NCBI GenBank assembly: GCA_947589395.1 | Contig: CANQAA010000001.1 | Coordinates: forward strand, 449-64,448 | Direction of reading: 5' to 3' | DNA from: an uncultured Clostridia bacterium | GTDB taxonomy: Bacteria > Bacillota > Clostridia > Christensenellales > CAG-917 | DNA: 64,000 nt | Shown: in pieces, positions 50,241 to 59,468 of the stretch | Numbering within the stretch: the stretch's first letter is position 1 | Layout of the letters: each line of letters starts with the position of its first letter | Made by a program: the position numbers and the translations under genes | Notes under the pieces: generated by a model | The model's database searches: none | What the model saw: only the letters and a program-made list of their open reading frames with translations | Told to the model about the DNA's origin: nothing

Positions 50241-51243
50241 AGGAAAATGCGAAGGAGAAGACGTATGAAAAAGCAAGGCTGATAAAAAACATAGCGGCAA
50301 ATATCATCAAACCTTCCTTCAAAAACTTCTTCTTTTTGAATAGCAAAGTGAACGCGAGCCCCGCGTTTATCATGAGTCCCCCAAGCGTCGCGCCAAACCC
50401 CAAACCGCCCATGATGTAAAGCTCGCTCAAAATTATAGACGACGTGCAATTCGGGATAGCTCCGATAATTACGGCAAAGAGAGGCGCGAGATATTTGTTG
50501 GATATCAAAAACTCGATTATATTTTCCCGCCCGACGTAATATAAGATAGTTCCAAAAACGATGTTGATGACAAACGCGTACAAAAAAATCTCGATCGAGT
50601 GCGAAAGAGGAGATATCAAAAATCTATCCAATTTTTGCTTTTTTGCAACCTGTATGCGTTTTTTCTCGGCATAATCCGCCAAAATTCCCTCACTATGTTG
50701 CATATTCAAATTATGATGATGACATTCGCTCGACCTACATTCGTCGCAATCGCACTCGTCAACGTTATCGTTTTCGGCGACGAGCTCGGCGCTCTCACAG
50801 TGGGATAATCTGATTTGATATTGCTCAGAGCAATGGCTCAAATGATGCTCGACGGACTTGCGCTTATCTTTCAAGATAAAATCAATGAGATACGCAAGAA
50901 GAAGGCCGATAACAAACTTTATAGCCAAAATAGGGAGAATATGCAGCGCTTTTGAAGGATAGCTCAAAAAGACGGGCAGCGCCTCGTCCGACGTCGCGAT
51001 AAAAACTCCGATAAGCGTGCCGACAGTGATATGTCGCTTTTGATAAAGATCCGTCGCAACAACGGAAAATCCGCATTGGGGGAGAAGGGATATACTCACC
51101 CCCAAAAGCGGCGCGAGTTTTCCTTTGAACTTGACGACCTTTGAGAGTTTAGGTTCGATGAGAGCAATAAAAAACGTGAACGCCGCAACCACAGCGAACA
51201 ATTTCAAGCTGTCTATGAAAGCGTCTAAAAGAACCTCTCCCAT
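50221..51243 (-). CDS. Polytopic membrane protein with a Cys/His-rich loop, putative metal transporter (ArsP_2 / 10-TM exporter-like)
   Basis: About 10 hydrophobic segments. Central loop ECDCDECRSSECHHHNLNMQH. IPNCTSSIILSELY motif recalled from putative manganese / heavy-metal exporter families. Confidence 0.55.
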   Translation of the reverse strand: MGEVLLDAFIDSLKLFAVVAAFTFFIALIEPKLSKVVKFKGKLAPLLGVSISLLPQCGFSVVATDLYQKRHITVGTLIGVFIATSDEALPVFLSYPSKALHILPILAIKFVIGLLLAYLIDFILKDKRKSVEHHLSHCSEQYQIRLSHCESAELVAENDNVDECDCDECRSSECHHHNLNMQHSEGILADYAEKKRIQVAKKQKLDRFLISPLSHSIEIFLYAFVINIVFGTILYYVGRENIIEFLISNKYLAPLFAVIIGAIPNCTSSIILSELYIMGGLGFGATLGGLMINAGLAFTLLFKKKKFLKEGLMIFAAMFFISLAFSYVFSFAFSFGQLSI

Positions 51244-51375
51244 ACGCGCATATTATTATACAAAAACCAAAAAAAATCAAATAAAATGAAAGATAAAATA
51301 AAAAGGGATAGTTTTTTATCCCCAAGTTATATGGAAAAAGTTTATACGATCACAAACACTTTCTTAAATAAACCG

Positions 51376-51462
51376 AAGTTTTGATCGCCGGCGGTTTTGA
51401 TATGACGGTGAGTGAATTTTTGGATAGTCCTTTATTTTCGGAAGAAAATCTTAATTTGTAAA
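51376..51462 (+). pseudogene. Possible remnant of the C-terminal end of an XRE-type HTH gene
   Basis: Translates as TEVLIAGGFDMTVSEFLDSPLFSEENLNL* directly after an in-frame TAA. No start codon or N-terminal HTH helices. Confidence 0.3.
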
Positions 51463-51495
51463 TGGCAATTTAATCAAAAATAAGTGATCTTAGCT

Positions 51496-51711
51496 TCAAA
51501 TGTCCGAAATTCCAAGCAAAAAATCCACCGAAACATTGTGAAATTCGGCAAATTCAACGAGCAGCGCAAGCGGCGGTTCGCGCTGTTCCTTTTCGTAATG
51601 AAGGTATGTGACGCTGTTCAAACCAAACACTGATGCAAATTCTTTTTGAGTCATACCTTTTTCGATTCTCAATTCTTTCAAACGTTCACCCAAAATAATT
51701 TGTTTTCCCAT
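51496..51711 (-). CDS. XRE-family HTH regulator
   Basis: LGERLKELRIEKGMTQKEFASVFGLNSVTYLHYEKEQREP. Confidence 0.85.
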   Translation of the reverse strand: MGKQIILGERLKELRIEKGMTQKEFASVFGLNSVTYLHYEKEQREPPLALLVEFAEFHNVSVDFLLGISDI

Positions 51712-51745
51712 ACACTTGACATATTAACATTTTGGTAATAATATA

Positions 51746-51776
51746 TTAATAAACTACCAAATTGTTAGTTTATTAA
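51746..51776. promoter_or_regulatory. 11-bp perfect inverted repeat in the divergent XRE / membrane-protein intergenic region (candidate operator)
   Basis: TTAATAAACTA, 9 nt, TAGTTTATTAA. Confidence 0.4.
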
Positions 51777-51861
51777 TAAAATTTCATATAAAAAAAAGAC
51801 AAAAATATGCGCTGTTTAGGGCGGGAGAAAACAAAAATAATAAAGCAATATAGGAGGAGAT

Positions 51862-52416
51862 ATGGATAAATTTTGGGAATTTTTGGGTCAACTTGCGATG
51901 ATACTCGCATTCTCGTTGCTTGTTGGTCTCACGCATTGGTTGAGGCCGGTGTTTGTCGTTTTTTACGCAATAGGAATGGCGATGCTTTCAATTTCCGCAG
52001 ACCTCATGGAAGACGCGGACGGCACGACGCGAAAAATTATGTTTTTGGTGAGCTCGGCAGTGCTCCTTATTCCCGCATTGGCGCAAAACATTTTGCTTTT
52101 CACAACAAAGACGGGAACGCTCATCGAAATGGGATTTTTTGTCACATGTGCGACGGGCGTTTTGTGCTGCTGGTATCAGATCGGCGTTTCGGACATGTCA
52201 TATTGGGCTCACCTTGCAACGCCGATACAACCGTACGCGACAGTGGCGATAATTTGCGCGATCGTGTGCTCAATGTGCGGAGGGGATATAATAGGGAATA
52301 TCCCGCACAGCAAAGTAGCTCCAATTATGGGCGGCCTATCGTTTGGCGTGGTGGCGATCGAGGGGATAATCCTTCTAATAACGCGGGCGATAAACGGCTC
52401 TGCGTTTGAAGAATAA
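51862..52416 (+). CDS. Hypothetical membrane protein
   Basis: 184 aa with about 6 hydrophobic segments. RBS AGGAGG at 51851-51856. Confidence 0.6.
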   Translation: MDKFWEFLGQLAMILAFSLLVGLTHWLRPVFVVFYAIGMAMLSISADLMEDADGTTRKIMFLVSSAVLLIPALAQNILLFTTKTGTLIEMGFFVTCATGVLCCWYQIGVSDMSYWAHLATPIQPYATVAIICAIVCSMCGGDIIGNIPHSKVAPIMGGLSFGVVAIEGIILLITRAINGSAFEE

Positions 52417-52433
52417 AAAAAGGAGATAAAATT

Positions 52434-52751
52434 ATGTTTGCAAACGGCGGCAGAAGAGGACAAAAAAACAGGGAGCAAAGACAGAGACAAAACGAATTGG
52501 TCTCGGCTCTCACTTCAAGAGAACGCGAAATATATGAAACGTTTGACGGACGTGGAAGATCCTGGTGGGAAGACGGGAATGAAAAGAGAGTGTGGCTCGA
52601 ATACGATCTTAGAGGCAGGCGATTGACCTACAGAACCAGCGGCTTCGGTATGTTTGCGTCAAGTTACGAAAAATATTCAATTGCTTGCGACATCGCCCGC
52701 GAAATATCAAGAGAAGAGGGCGTCTCCATGCCAAACATTTATGAGTTTTGA
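52434..52751 (+). CDS. Hypothetical basic protein
   Basis: 105 aa with an R/Q-rich N-terminus. RBS AGGAG. Followed by a hairpin at 52778-52801. Confidence 0.5.
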   Translation: MFANGGRRGQKNREQRQRQNELVSALTSREREIYETFDGRGRSWWEDGNEKRVWLEYDLRGRRLTYRTSGFGMFASSYEKYSIACDIAREISREEGVSMPNIYEF

Positions 52752-52810
52752 ATTACAAAATCTATAAAGCATCAAAAATATCACCTCATTCGGGGTGATA
52801 TTTGTCTCTC

Positions 52811-53240
52811 ACGAGGGACTCGCTCCGTTTGACTTCAGCAAGACCTTTCGCGCAACTTTTCGTTATATGCGTTCCCGTGCGACTGCACGCTGTCTGCACT
52901 ATCACGCCGGCCGCTAAAAAGTGTTCACCGAACACTTTTCTTAACGCGGCGTTCGAGTCCCTCAAAAATAGGATAGGGACGAGATAAAAAATCTCACCTC
53001 TATGAGAGATGAGATTTTTTATGGCGCCTATTGAGGGACTCGCTCCGTTTGACTACGGCAACGCCTCTCGCACAACTTTTCGTTATATGCGTTCCCGTGC
53101 GACGGTTCGTTGTCTGCACTATCACGCCGGCCGCTAAAAACTGTCCACCGGACACTTTTCTTAACGCGGCGTTCGAGCCCCTCAAAAATAGGATAGGAAC
53201 GAGATAAAAAATCTCACCTCTATGAGAGATGAGATTTTTT
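52811..53240 (-). repeat. Two tandem 220-bp units, each ending in a copy of the tRNA-Asn 3' T-arm/acceptor and followed by a bidirectional terminator hairpin
   Basis: GAGGGACTCG recurs at 52813, 53033 and 53253 (the last is in the true tRNA). Units are 52811-52980 and 53022-53200. Terminator hairpins lie at 52991-53015 and 53211-53235. Confidence 0.75.
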
Positions 53241-53241
53241 A

Positions 53242-53317
53242 TGGCGCCTGTTGAGGGACTCGAACCCCCGACACTTCGGTTAACAGCCGAATGCTCTACC
53301 GACTGAGCTAAACAGGC
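53242..53317 (-). tRNA. tRNA-Asn (anticodon GUU), CCA encoded
   Basis: Cloverleaf by hand: acceptor GCCTGTT/AACAGGC, D-arm GCTC..GAGC, anticodon stem TTCGG/CCGAA with loop CTGTTAA, and T-arm GGGGG-TTCGAGT-CCCTC. Confidence 0.9.
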
Positions 53318-53336
53318 ATATCTTTTATGCTTGAAT

Positions 53337-53366
53337 ATCATAATATCATACGCCCGATTTTGTCAA
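53337..53366 (-). promoter_or_regulatory. Promoter of tRNA-Asn
   Basis: TTGACA, 18 nt, TATGAT on the minus strand, about 20 nt upstream of the tRNA 5' end. Confidence 0.45.
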
Positions 53367-53399
53367 GCATTTTTTTGATTTTAGTGTGCGGTAAAATTG

Positions 53400-54330
53400 A
53401 AATTTAAAACGGCTTCCGCTCAAAAACCGTGTAAGGCTCAGACTTGCGCGGTTTTTGAGCGGCACGATTTTCACTTCGAATAAGTTCTCGTCGTGCTCAA
53501 GCACGCAAATGAGAGCTTTCTCTACTTAAGTTGGATGTGCGCCCTGAATAGAAGCCCACCCTTTCCCTCCGGGCTTTCCCCTCTCCACACAAATATAGCG
53601 TATCCTCTACATCAAGTTATCATCATGTGCGGGAGGGGAAGTCGCCTCGCTCAAAGCCGGTCGCCTCTACTTATGCCGCTTGCGGCAGGAGGAAAAACAG
53701 AACTCTCCTGCCGCCCGCGCACTGCAAGTAAGACCGCTCGGACATCGGGGTCCCCAACAAATGAGCTTGTCTCGTTTGTTGGGGTTTGGACGACGGTCGC
53801 CGCCGTTGCGGCTCCACCCCGTCTCAGCAGAATGTTTCAAAATACTTTCTCGGGCGAGGACAAACTACGCCCCTAATAAGAACCGTCGTGCTCATGCAGG
53901 TCTCCGAATGAGTGCACGTTATTATTCTTCGAACAAATTTACATTCTCGCCGCCGTTGCGGCTCCACCCCGTACATTACCCCACAAAAACATTGCATATT
54001 TTTGCGGGGACCCCGAGACAGCAAGTTTCAAAGAAGTTTCTCGGGCGAGGACAAGCTACGCCCCGAATAAAGTGCAATGTTTCAAACAAGAGAGTAAGCC
54101 AGGTCTAAGAACGCTTCGAACGAGAAATCGTCGTGCTCATGCAGGTCTTCGAATAAGTGCACGTCAGACAATCCCCTCAGGCTGCCGATAAACGGCAGCC
54201 AGCCCCCTTCGGGGTCCCCATCAAAACAGCTTGTCTGTTTTTATGGGGTAAAATCGGGGTCCCCAACAAATGAGCTTGCCACGTTTGTTGGGGTTAGACT
54301 TAGGGAGTCCTAATTAAGAACAGGTTTTAT
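53400..54330 (-). repeat. Mosaic GC-rich hairpin-module repeat region, right copy (reverse complement of modules in 1-805)
   Basis: For example, 54001-54050 is the reverse complement of 361-410, 54141-54300 of about 165-330, and 53491-53582 of 713-805. Module order differs between the two copies. Confidence 0.65.
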
Positions 54331-54453
54331 ATATAAACAAAAGTATCAAACAAAAAGCGCGGAATAACGCGCTTTTTGATGTGATAATTTAATATGTATT
54401 GTTTTTTAGAACGTCGGCGTGTTTCTTAGAACGTCGGTGCGTTACTTAAAACG

Positions 54454-57400
54454 TCACGGGGCTACGGCGGTTACCAACAGCTTTTCGACGTCGACGTAGA
54501 TCATACCTGTTGTCGGGTCGTAGCTGAGGCTCATGAAGAAGCTCTGGATGTCCGCGTCCTTGATGACCTCGACGACTTCAGACGGCACGCCCTCGACGTG
54601 GCTCCACTTGAGCAGGTTGCCGACCTTGATCTTTCTCAAGACCTCTTGCACGTTTGTGCCAAGCTCGTCAAGCTTTGACGTGCGGATCTTATCAAGGTCG
54701 AAAATCGTGCCGTGAGTCACCTCTATGATGTCTTGAATGGTCGCTTCCGCGAGTTTGTCGTTCATGTTCGAGACCGTTGCGTCCGCAAGATATTTGAGGA
54801 CGGGGGAGCTTGCCTCTTGCAAGACCTCGCCGATGTGCGTGACGTTGGAAAGGTCAAGCTCGGTTGAGCCGCCTTTGACGTAGATCTCGCCAAATTGCGC
54901 GACGTAGCCGACCTTCTTTTGATATCTTTCCCGTCCTTCATAGGACTCGTTATACTCAACGTACTTGCCGTCCACATAGACGAATTCACCGTTTTCTGCA
55001 ACGATGTACACATCCTCGCAATATTGCTTTGAGAAGGTCGGCCCTCCGTCGTACGGATATTTGCTGTCGCCAAGCTCCACAAAGAAGGAGCCCTCTTGCT
55101 TTGTTAAAAGCAGCGCCTTGTCTTTGGGTGCGCAATACGCGAGTTTTCTATCTTCGCCCGTGACGTCGTCGTTATATTTTACCATTTGACCGATGAACTC
55201 AACCAAGACGGTTTCGGGTGCGGCGTTGTAGAAAGAGCCTCTGATCGCGCCGTCGCCCGCGCTGTCGAGCTTCTTTCTGTAATACAGCTTTGCCTCGTTT
55301 GTCGAGACGTCATGATTTTGATTGATTTGCGAGACGATGTAGGTGCAAAGTTGCGGATTTCTCACGCATGTCACGCCGCTATCGTTAGAGCAGAAGAGGT
55401 TGCCCGCCGCAAGCAATTTTGCAAGCACGGCCGCCTTGCCCTCAGAATATCCGGTATAAGTCGTGATATTCTCGTATTTGTAGAACACTTCAGTCTCTGC
55501 GCCGAGCTCCGCGTCCGTCGCCTGCTCGTAGATGAAATTGTTGAGGAAGTATGTGCCGTTATCGTTGTAGGCAAAGATGACGGGTTTGTCTTTTTCCGTG
55601 AGTCCGTCCTCTTGCCACTCGATGAAGAACTTGTCGGTCTCCGAGTAGGTTGAGTCGTTTGCAAGGGCTTTTTCAGCCAGTCTCACGCCGTCGTTTTCGA
55701 CGATGGTGACGATCTCGGAGATGAAGGTGTCGTCCATCACGCTGTCAAAGGCGTCCGCCATGTTGTCTATCTTGACAAACGCGAGTTTTTTCATGATGGA
55801 GTTGGACTCGCCAACGGTTTGCACGACGTAATATTTGTCGTCCGGATGCGCGACGACATAGTCGTGATACGCGACGCGATATGTGCCCGTCTCGGAGTTG
55901 AAGTAATAGACGAACTTTTTGTTCTCCACGTCGGATTTGATCTCCTCGACAAGTGCGCCGTCCGCAGGGGCGTAGACGTCCATGTCGATGTCAAGCACGT
56001 CGCCCAAAGACAATTTCTTCATCGCCTCGTCCATGCTCGTGAGAGAGCTTCCCGCGAGGCGGAGGAGCACCTTTGAGGAGATGTCGTCTTCGGTCTTGCC
56101 TTCGGGGATCGTCCTGTCGTAGCGCTGCATATTTTGATGTTGCGCGGGATTGTACAGGGTGTAGTAGAAGTCGTTTTCGCCCTCGCCCGTTATCTTGACG
56201 TACAAGCCGTTGTCGTTTTCAACGTAATCGTAGTCCACAAGATCCATAGTCTCGCGGATGGTGATCGTTTCGATGTCCGTCGCGATGGAGTTGAGAGAAC
56301 TGTTTTTCAGCGCCTTGAGGATGGGGGCGGAGTCGTCGTCTATCGTGATGAGTTCGCCGAGCTTGCGATTGCCGAGCAGGTCGTCCGCGTTTTGCAGATC
56401 GTGGATGGTCAAAAACGCGATGGATTGGATCGCGGCTTCCGCGCTGCCCGTGTGCGCGCGAAGGTATCTGGCTCTGTCGGGAGTCTCAACTGCCGTGAGG
56501 GTGCTGTCGAGCGTGATCTCGCCCTCGACGGAGTATATGTCGGACTTGACATAGGTCGTCGCAAGAGTCTCTTCGTCCTGTTGCTTTTCAAAGAGCTCGT
56601 AGATAAGAACGACCAGATTGTTGGTTTTGTTTTCTCCTTCGACGACATAGGGTTCAAACGGAGTTCCGACCTCGTCTTGAGCTATATCGTTCAAAGAGAG
56701 GAATCCGTTGTCGAGAAGAGTGAAAGACAGACCGCTCACGGACACGACCTTGTTGGCGTAGACGGGGAAGAAATATTCCTTGCCGGGCGTAAGTTTCGTT
56801 GCGGGCTTGTAGTTGTAGTGAACATAATATTCCACGCTCTTTTGAGGCTCGTCCTCGCCCTCTTGCGGCTCGGAGGCGTCCTCTTTCGGCGCGTCGTAGC
56901 AGGAGTTGTCCACGACGTAGGTCGTCTCTTGCGTTCCGTCTTCGCCCGTCACGACGCGCTTGACAAAACGGACCTCTCTTTCGTCGAGAACGTCTGCCTC
57001 GCCGTCGTCGTCGGTGTCCTTCGCGCCCGCGAAGTAGGTCTCAACGCCAAGACGCACGTCTTTCGACGCCGGGTCTGTCACCGGGACGTACTCGTCCACC
57101 TTTTCGTAGAGCTGTTGCTCGCCCACCTTTATAAACGCGTCCGCGTCCGCGTTCAAGAGCGTGTTGATCCTAAGAAAATTGATCACGCTGCCGAAGCTGG
57201 ACAGGTTGACGTCCTGCAGGGAGCGGAGCATGTCGTTGTCGTCAACGCCCAAGTCTATGCCGAACTTGTCCTTGATGGAGCGAATGGACAGATCTCCGTT
57301 CAAAGAGCCCAAGATGTTGTCTATCGCGTCCTTGATTGGCACGGACAGGTTTTCCTGCAATATGGGAAGGGAGTTGTTCTCTTTGAGGTTGAGATGCGCG

Positions 57401-57813
57401 ACGTTGTCGACGTCCTCGAGCGTGAAGTCGTCGATTATCAGCCCAAAGTCGCCAAACAGCGTTGTGAGCGGGGTGGAGTAGAATTTTTTGCTTGAGAGAT
57501 CCAAGCCGCTCACTTCCTTCAAAAACTTGACTCCATAGTGACTGTAGAGCGTCTCGATTGTGAGTTTGTCGAAGTTGCGATAATCCTCGAGCACGAGCTT
57601 CAAGGCATCGTAGAGAGATTTATTGTATATCCCGGTTTCTTTTCCCTCTCCGTCTTTGGGGTTGTCGAGGACGTTTTCCAAGCCGAGCGGCAAGTCTTTG
57701 ACTTTGATGCCATAGCCAACGCCCAAAAACGCGCCGACGATGGTCACGATCAAAAGGACTATGCCGAGAATCAAACCGAGCACAAATGTGAGAGTCGACC
57801 TCAATACTTTCAT
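54454..57813 (-). CDS. Large (1119-aa) N-terminally membrane-anchored acidic protein, function unknown
   Basis: Single N-terminal TM (LTFVLGLILGIVLLIVTIVGAFLGVGY), then a long non-repetitive D/E-rich region. The antisense ORFs are compositional shadows. Confidence 0.75.
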   Translation of the reverse strand: MKVLRSTLTFVLGLILGIVLLIVTIVGAFLGVGYGIKVKDLPLGLENVLDNPKDGEGKETGIYNKSLYDALKLVLEDYRNFDKLTIETLYSHYGVKFLKEVSGLDLSSKKFYSTPLTTLFGDFGLIIDDFTLEDVDNVAHLNLKENNSLPILQENLSVPIKDAIDNILGSLNGDLSIRSIKDKFGIDLGVDDNDMLRSLQDVNLSSFGSVINFLRINTLLNADADAFIKVGEQQLYEKVDEYVPVTDPASKDVRLGVETYFAGAKDTDDDGEADVLDEREVRFVKRVVTGEDGTQETTYVVDNSCYDAPKEDASEPQEGEDEPQKSVEYYVHYNYKPATKLTPGKEYFFPVYANKVVSVSGLSFTLLDNGFLSLNDIAQDEVGTPFEPYVVEGENKTNNLVVLIYELFEKQQDEETLATTYVKSDIYSVEGEITLDSTLTAVETPDRARYLRAHTGSAEAAIQSIAFLTIHDLQNADDLLGNRKLGELITIDDDSAPILKALKNSSLNSIATDIETITIRETMDLVDYDYVENDNGLYVKITGEGENDFYYTLYNPAQHQNMQRYDRTIPEGKTEDDISSKVLLRLAGSSLTSMDEAMKKLSLGDVLDIDMDVYAPADGALVEEIKSDVENKKFVYYFNSETGTYRVAYHDYVVAHPDDKYYVVQTVGESNSIMKKLAFVKIDNMADAFDSVMDDTFISEIVTIVENDGVRLAEKALANDSTYSETDKFFIEWQEDGLTEKDKPVIFAYNDNGTYFLNNFIYEQATDAELGAETEVFYKYENITTYTGYSEGKAAVLAKLLAAGNLFCSNDSGVTCVRNPQLCTYIVSQINQNHDVSTNEAKLYYRKKLDSAGDGAIRGSFYNAAPETVLVEFIGQMVKYNDDVTGEDRKLAYCAPKDKALLLTKQEGSFFVELGDSKYPYDGGPTFSKQYCEDVYIVAENGEFVYVDGKYVEYNESYEGRERYQKKVGYVAQFGEIYVKGGSTELDLSNVTHIGEVLQEASSPVLKYLADATVSNMNDKLAEATIQDIIEVTHGTIFDLDKIRTSKLDELGTNVQEVLRKIKVGNLLKWSHVEGVPSEVVEVIKDADIQSFFMSLSYDPTTGMIYVDVEKLLVTAVAP

Positions 57814-57857
57814 TTTGCTACCTCCGAAGAAAGTCGTATGTCAAGCCCGAAAGGCTT

Positions 57858-58604
57858 TTAACCGAATATTCTCGACAAGATCGACGCGAGCGGATTGTGT
57901 GCGTAAAGATATCCGAACGCCGGTTGCGAGAGGAAGTATTTGTCCACAGACGGAATGTGGCAAGCGCGCAATATGGCGATGACGATGAAGATGAACACCA
58001 TCACCATGAACGCGCCAACGAGTCCGCCCAAGATCTTGTTGAGCGCCCCAAGCGCCCCGTCTTTGAACACATGCGTGCGAAAGACCTTGCGCAATATCAA
58101 AAATATTAGGGCAATGCCGAGCGTGAAGCCCACAAACGCGATGACGGCGACGATGACGGTGGTCAGAGAATCCGCCGCAAAGCCCGCAAGCGAAGTGCCC
58201 TCGTTGTCCTCGTTTATGAACCTCTCCGCCAAGCGTTTTGCGAGCGCGGCTTTCGTCTTGCTTGCAAGACCCTTGCCCTCCGCGTCCTCGATGGGGACCG
58301 TCTCGCTGTCAAGACGAATGAAATATTTGCCGTCTTCGATGTATATCGGTCTTGTGAACGCCTCGCCCCAACCGGACGCCGTCTTTTCGATGGAAGAGGA
58401 GATGCTCCTCGCGGGAGCGGCGGCGCACATCGGCTTCATGAATGCGCCCACAAGCAAAATTGACGAGAATATGATAAACACGGCGGCAAAAAAGCCCTTG
58501 AGAGCCCTTGAAACGCCGCCCAAAATTCCAAGAATAAGTCCAACTCCAATCAGCACGAAAAAGATGATGTCCATCACGGGTACTGCCGATATGATATTCA
58601 GCAT
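57858..58604 (-). CDS. CvpA-like membrane protein
   Basis: Start trimmed to MLNIIS after GGAGGTG. N-terminal pattern DIIFFVLIGVGLILGILGGVSRALKGFF resembles the CvpA family. Has an atypical central soluble insert. Confidence 0.45.
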   Translation of the reverse strand: MLNIISAVPVMDIIFFVLIGVGLILGILGGVSRALKGFFAAVFIIFSSILLVGAFMKPMCAAAPARSISSSIEKTASGWGEAFTRPIYIEDGKYFIRLDSETVPIEDAEGKGLASKTKAALAKRLAERFINEDNEGTSLAGFAADSLTTVIVAVIAFVGFTLGIALIFLILRKVFRTHVFKDGALGALNKILGGLVGAFMVMVFIFIVIAILRACHIPSVDKYFLSQPAFGYLYAHNPLASILSRIFG

Positions 58605-58784
58605 ATGTAATTTCACCTCCACGCATGCGCGCATGAGTATCATTATGTACATTATAACCAATTCTTCAAAGCTATGCAACATTAAACGGCAACTTTGAAA
58701 AATTTCTCTCTGACAAATTTTGTAAAATCAAAGTATTTTAACGGGTAGGCTTATAAAAACAAAAAGATTGTCAACAATTCGGGA

Positions 58785-59369
58785 ATGAAGCAAAATGATT
58801 TTGACAGCATAGAGCAAGAGCGCCTCTTTAATGAGCTGAAGCGCATCCTCTTCGAAGAGGATTTTGAGGACGACGATCCGCTTGCTGCGGAGCGCGAGAG
58901 CGAGAAAAACTCAACGCAGGTGAGCAAAACGAACGAGCAGACGGTCATCGTGTGCTTTGGCACGCCGTCCATTTCTGGCGATTCTCTCGGACCGCAGGTG
59001 GGCAGCATTTTGCGGGACAAGCTCAACGTTCCCGCCTTCGTTTACGGCGTGGACGAGACCTCCATCAACGGCAAAAACATGTACGAGTGGCTTGAGTTCA
59101 TAAAGAGCGTGCACAAGGGCGCAACGTTCGTTGCCGTCGACGCGTCTTTGGGACAGGCGGACAAAGTGGGGCAGATCGTCATTCGCGACGACGGGGTGTG
59201 CCCTGCGGCGATCAAGGGCAAAAAAGAGCGATTCGGAGACGTCGGCGTGCTCGCGGTGGTCGCGGAAAACAAAGGGGACGCTCTCATGCAGTTGATGTCC
59301 GTATCAAAACTTTATGTTGCAAAACTGGCGGATAAACTGGCGAATATGATATATGCCGCCATAGCGTGA
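58785..59369 (+). CDS. yyaC: Sporulation protein YyaC family (DUF1256 putative protease)
   Basis: VIVCFGTPSISGDSLGPQVGSIL and FVAVDASLG motifs with an acidic N-terminal extension. Confidence 0.75.
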   Translation: MKQNDFDSIEQERLFNELKRILFEEDFEDDDPLAAERESEKNSTQVSKTNEQTVIVCFGTPSISGDSLGPQVGSILRDKLNVPAFVYGVDETSINGKNMYEWLEFIKSVHKGATFVAVDASLGQADKVGQIVIRDDGVCPAAIKGKKERFGDVGVLAVVAENKGDALMQLMSVSKLYVAKLADKLANMIYAAIA

Positions 59370-59468
59370 GAGGTTGAAAAAATGAAAATTTTGTAACAAA
59401 GCGGGGCGTTGCAAATTTGCGACGCCCCGCTTTGCGCTTTTATATTTTGCTTTTGTGATCTCAATATA

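Noticed and set aside
53000-53341. 113-aa ORF covering the tRNA-Asn gene and the repeat units.
   Set aside because: It reads through a hand-foldable tRNA cloverleaf and two terminator hairpins, so it is an artefact.
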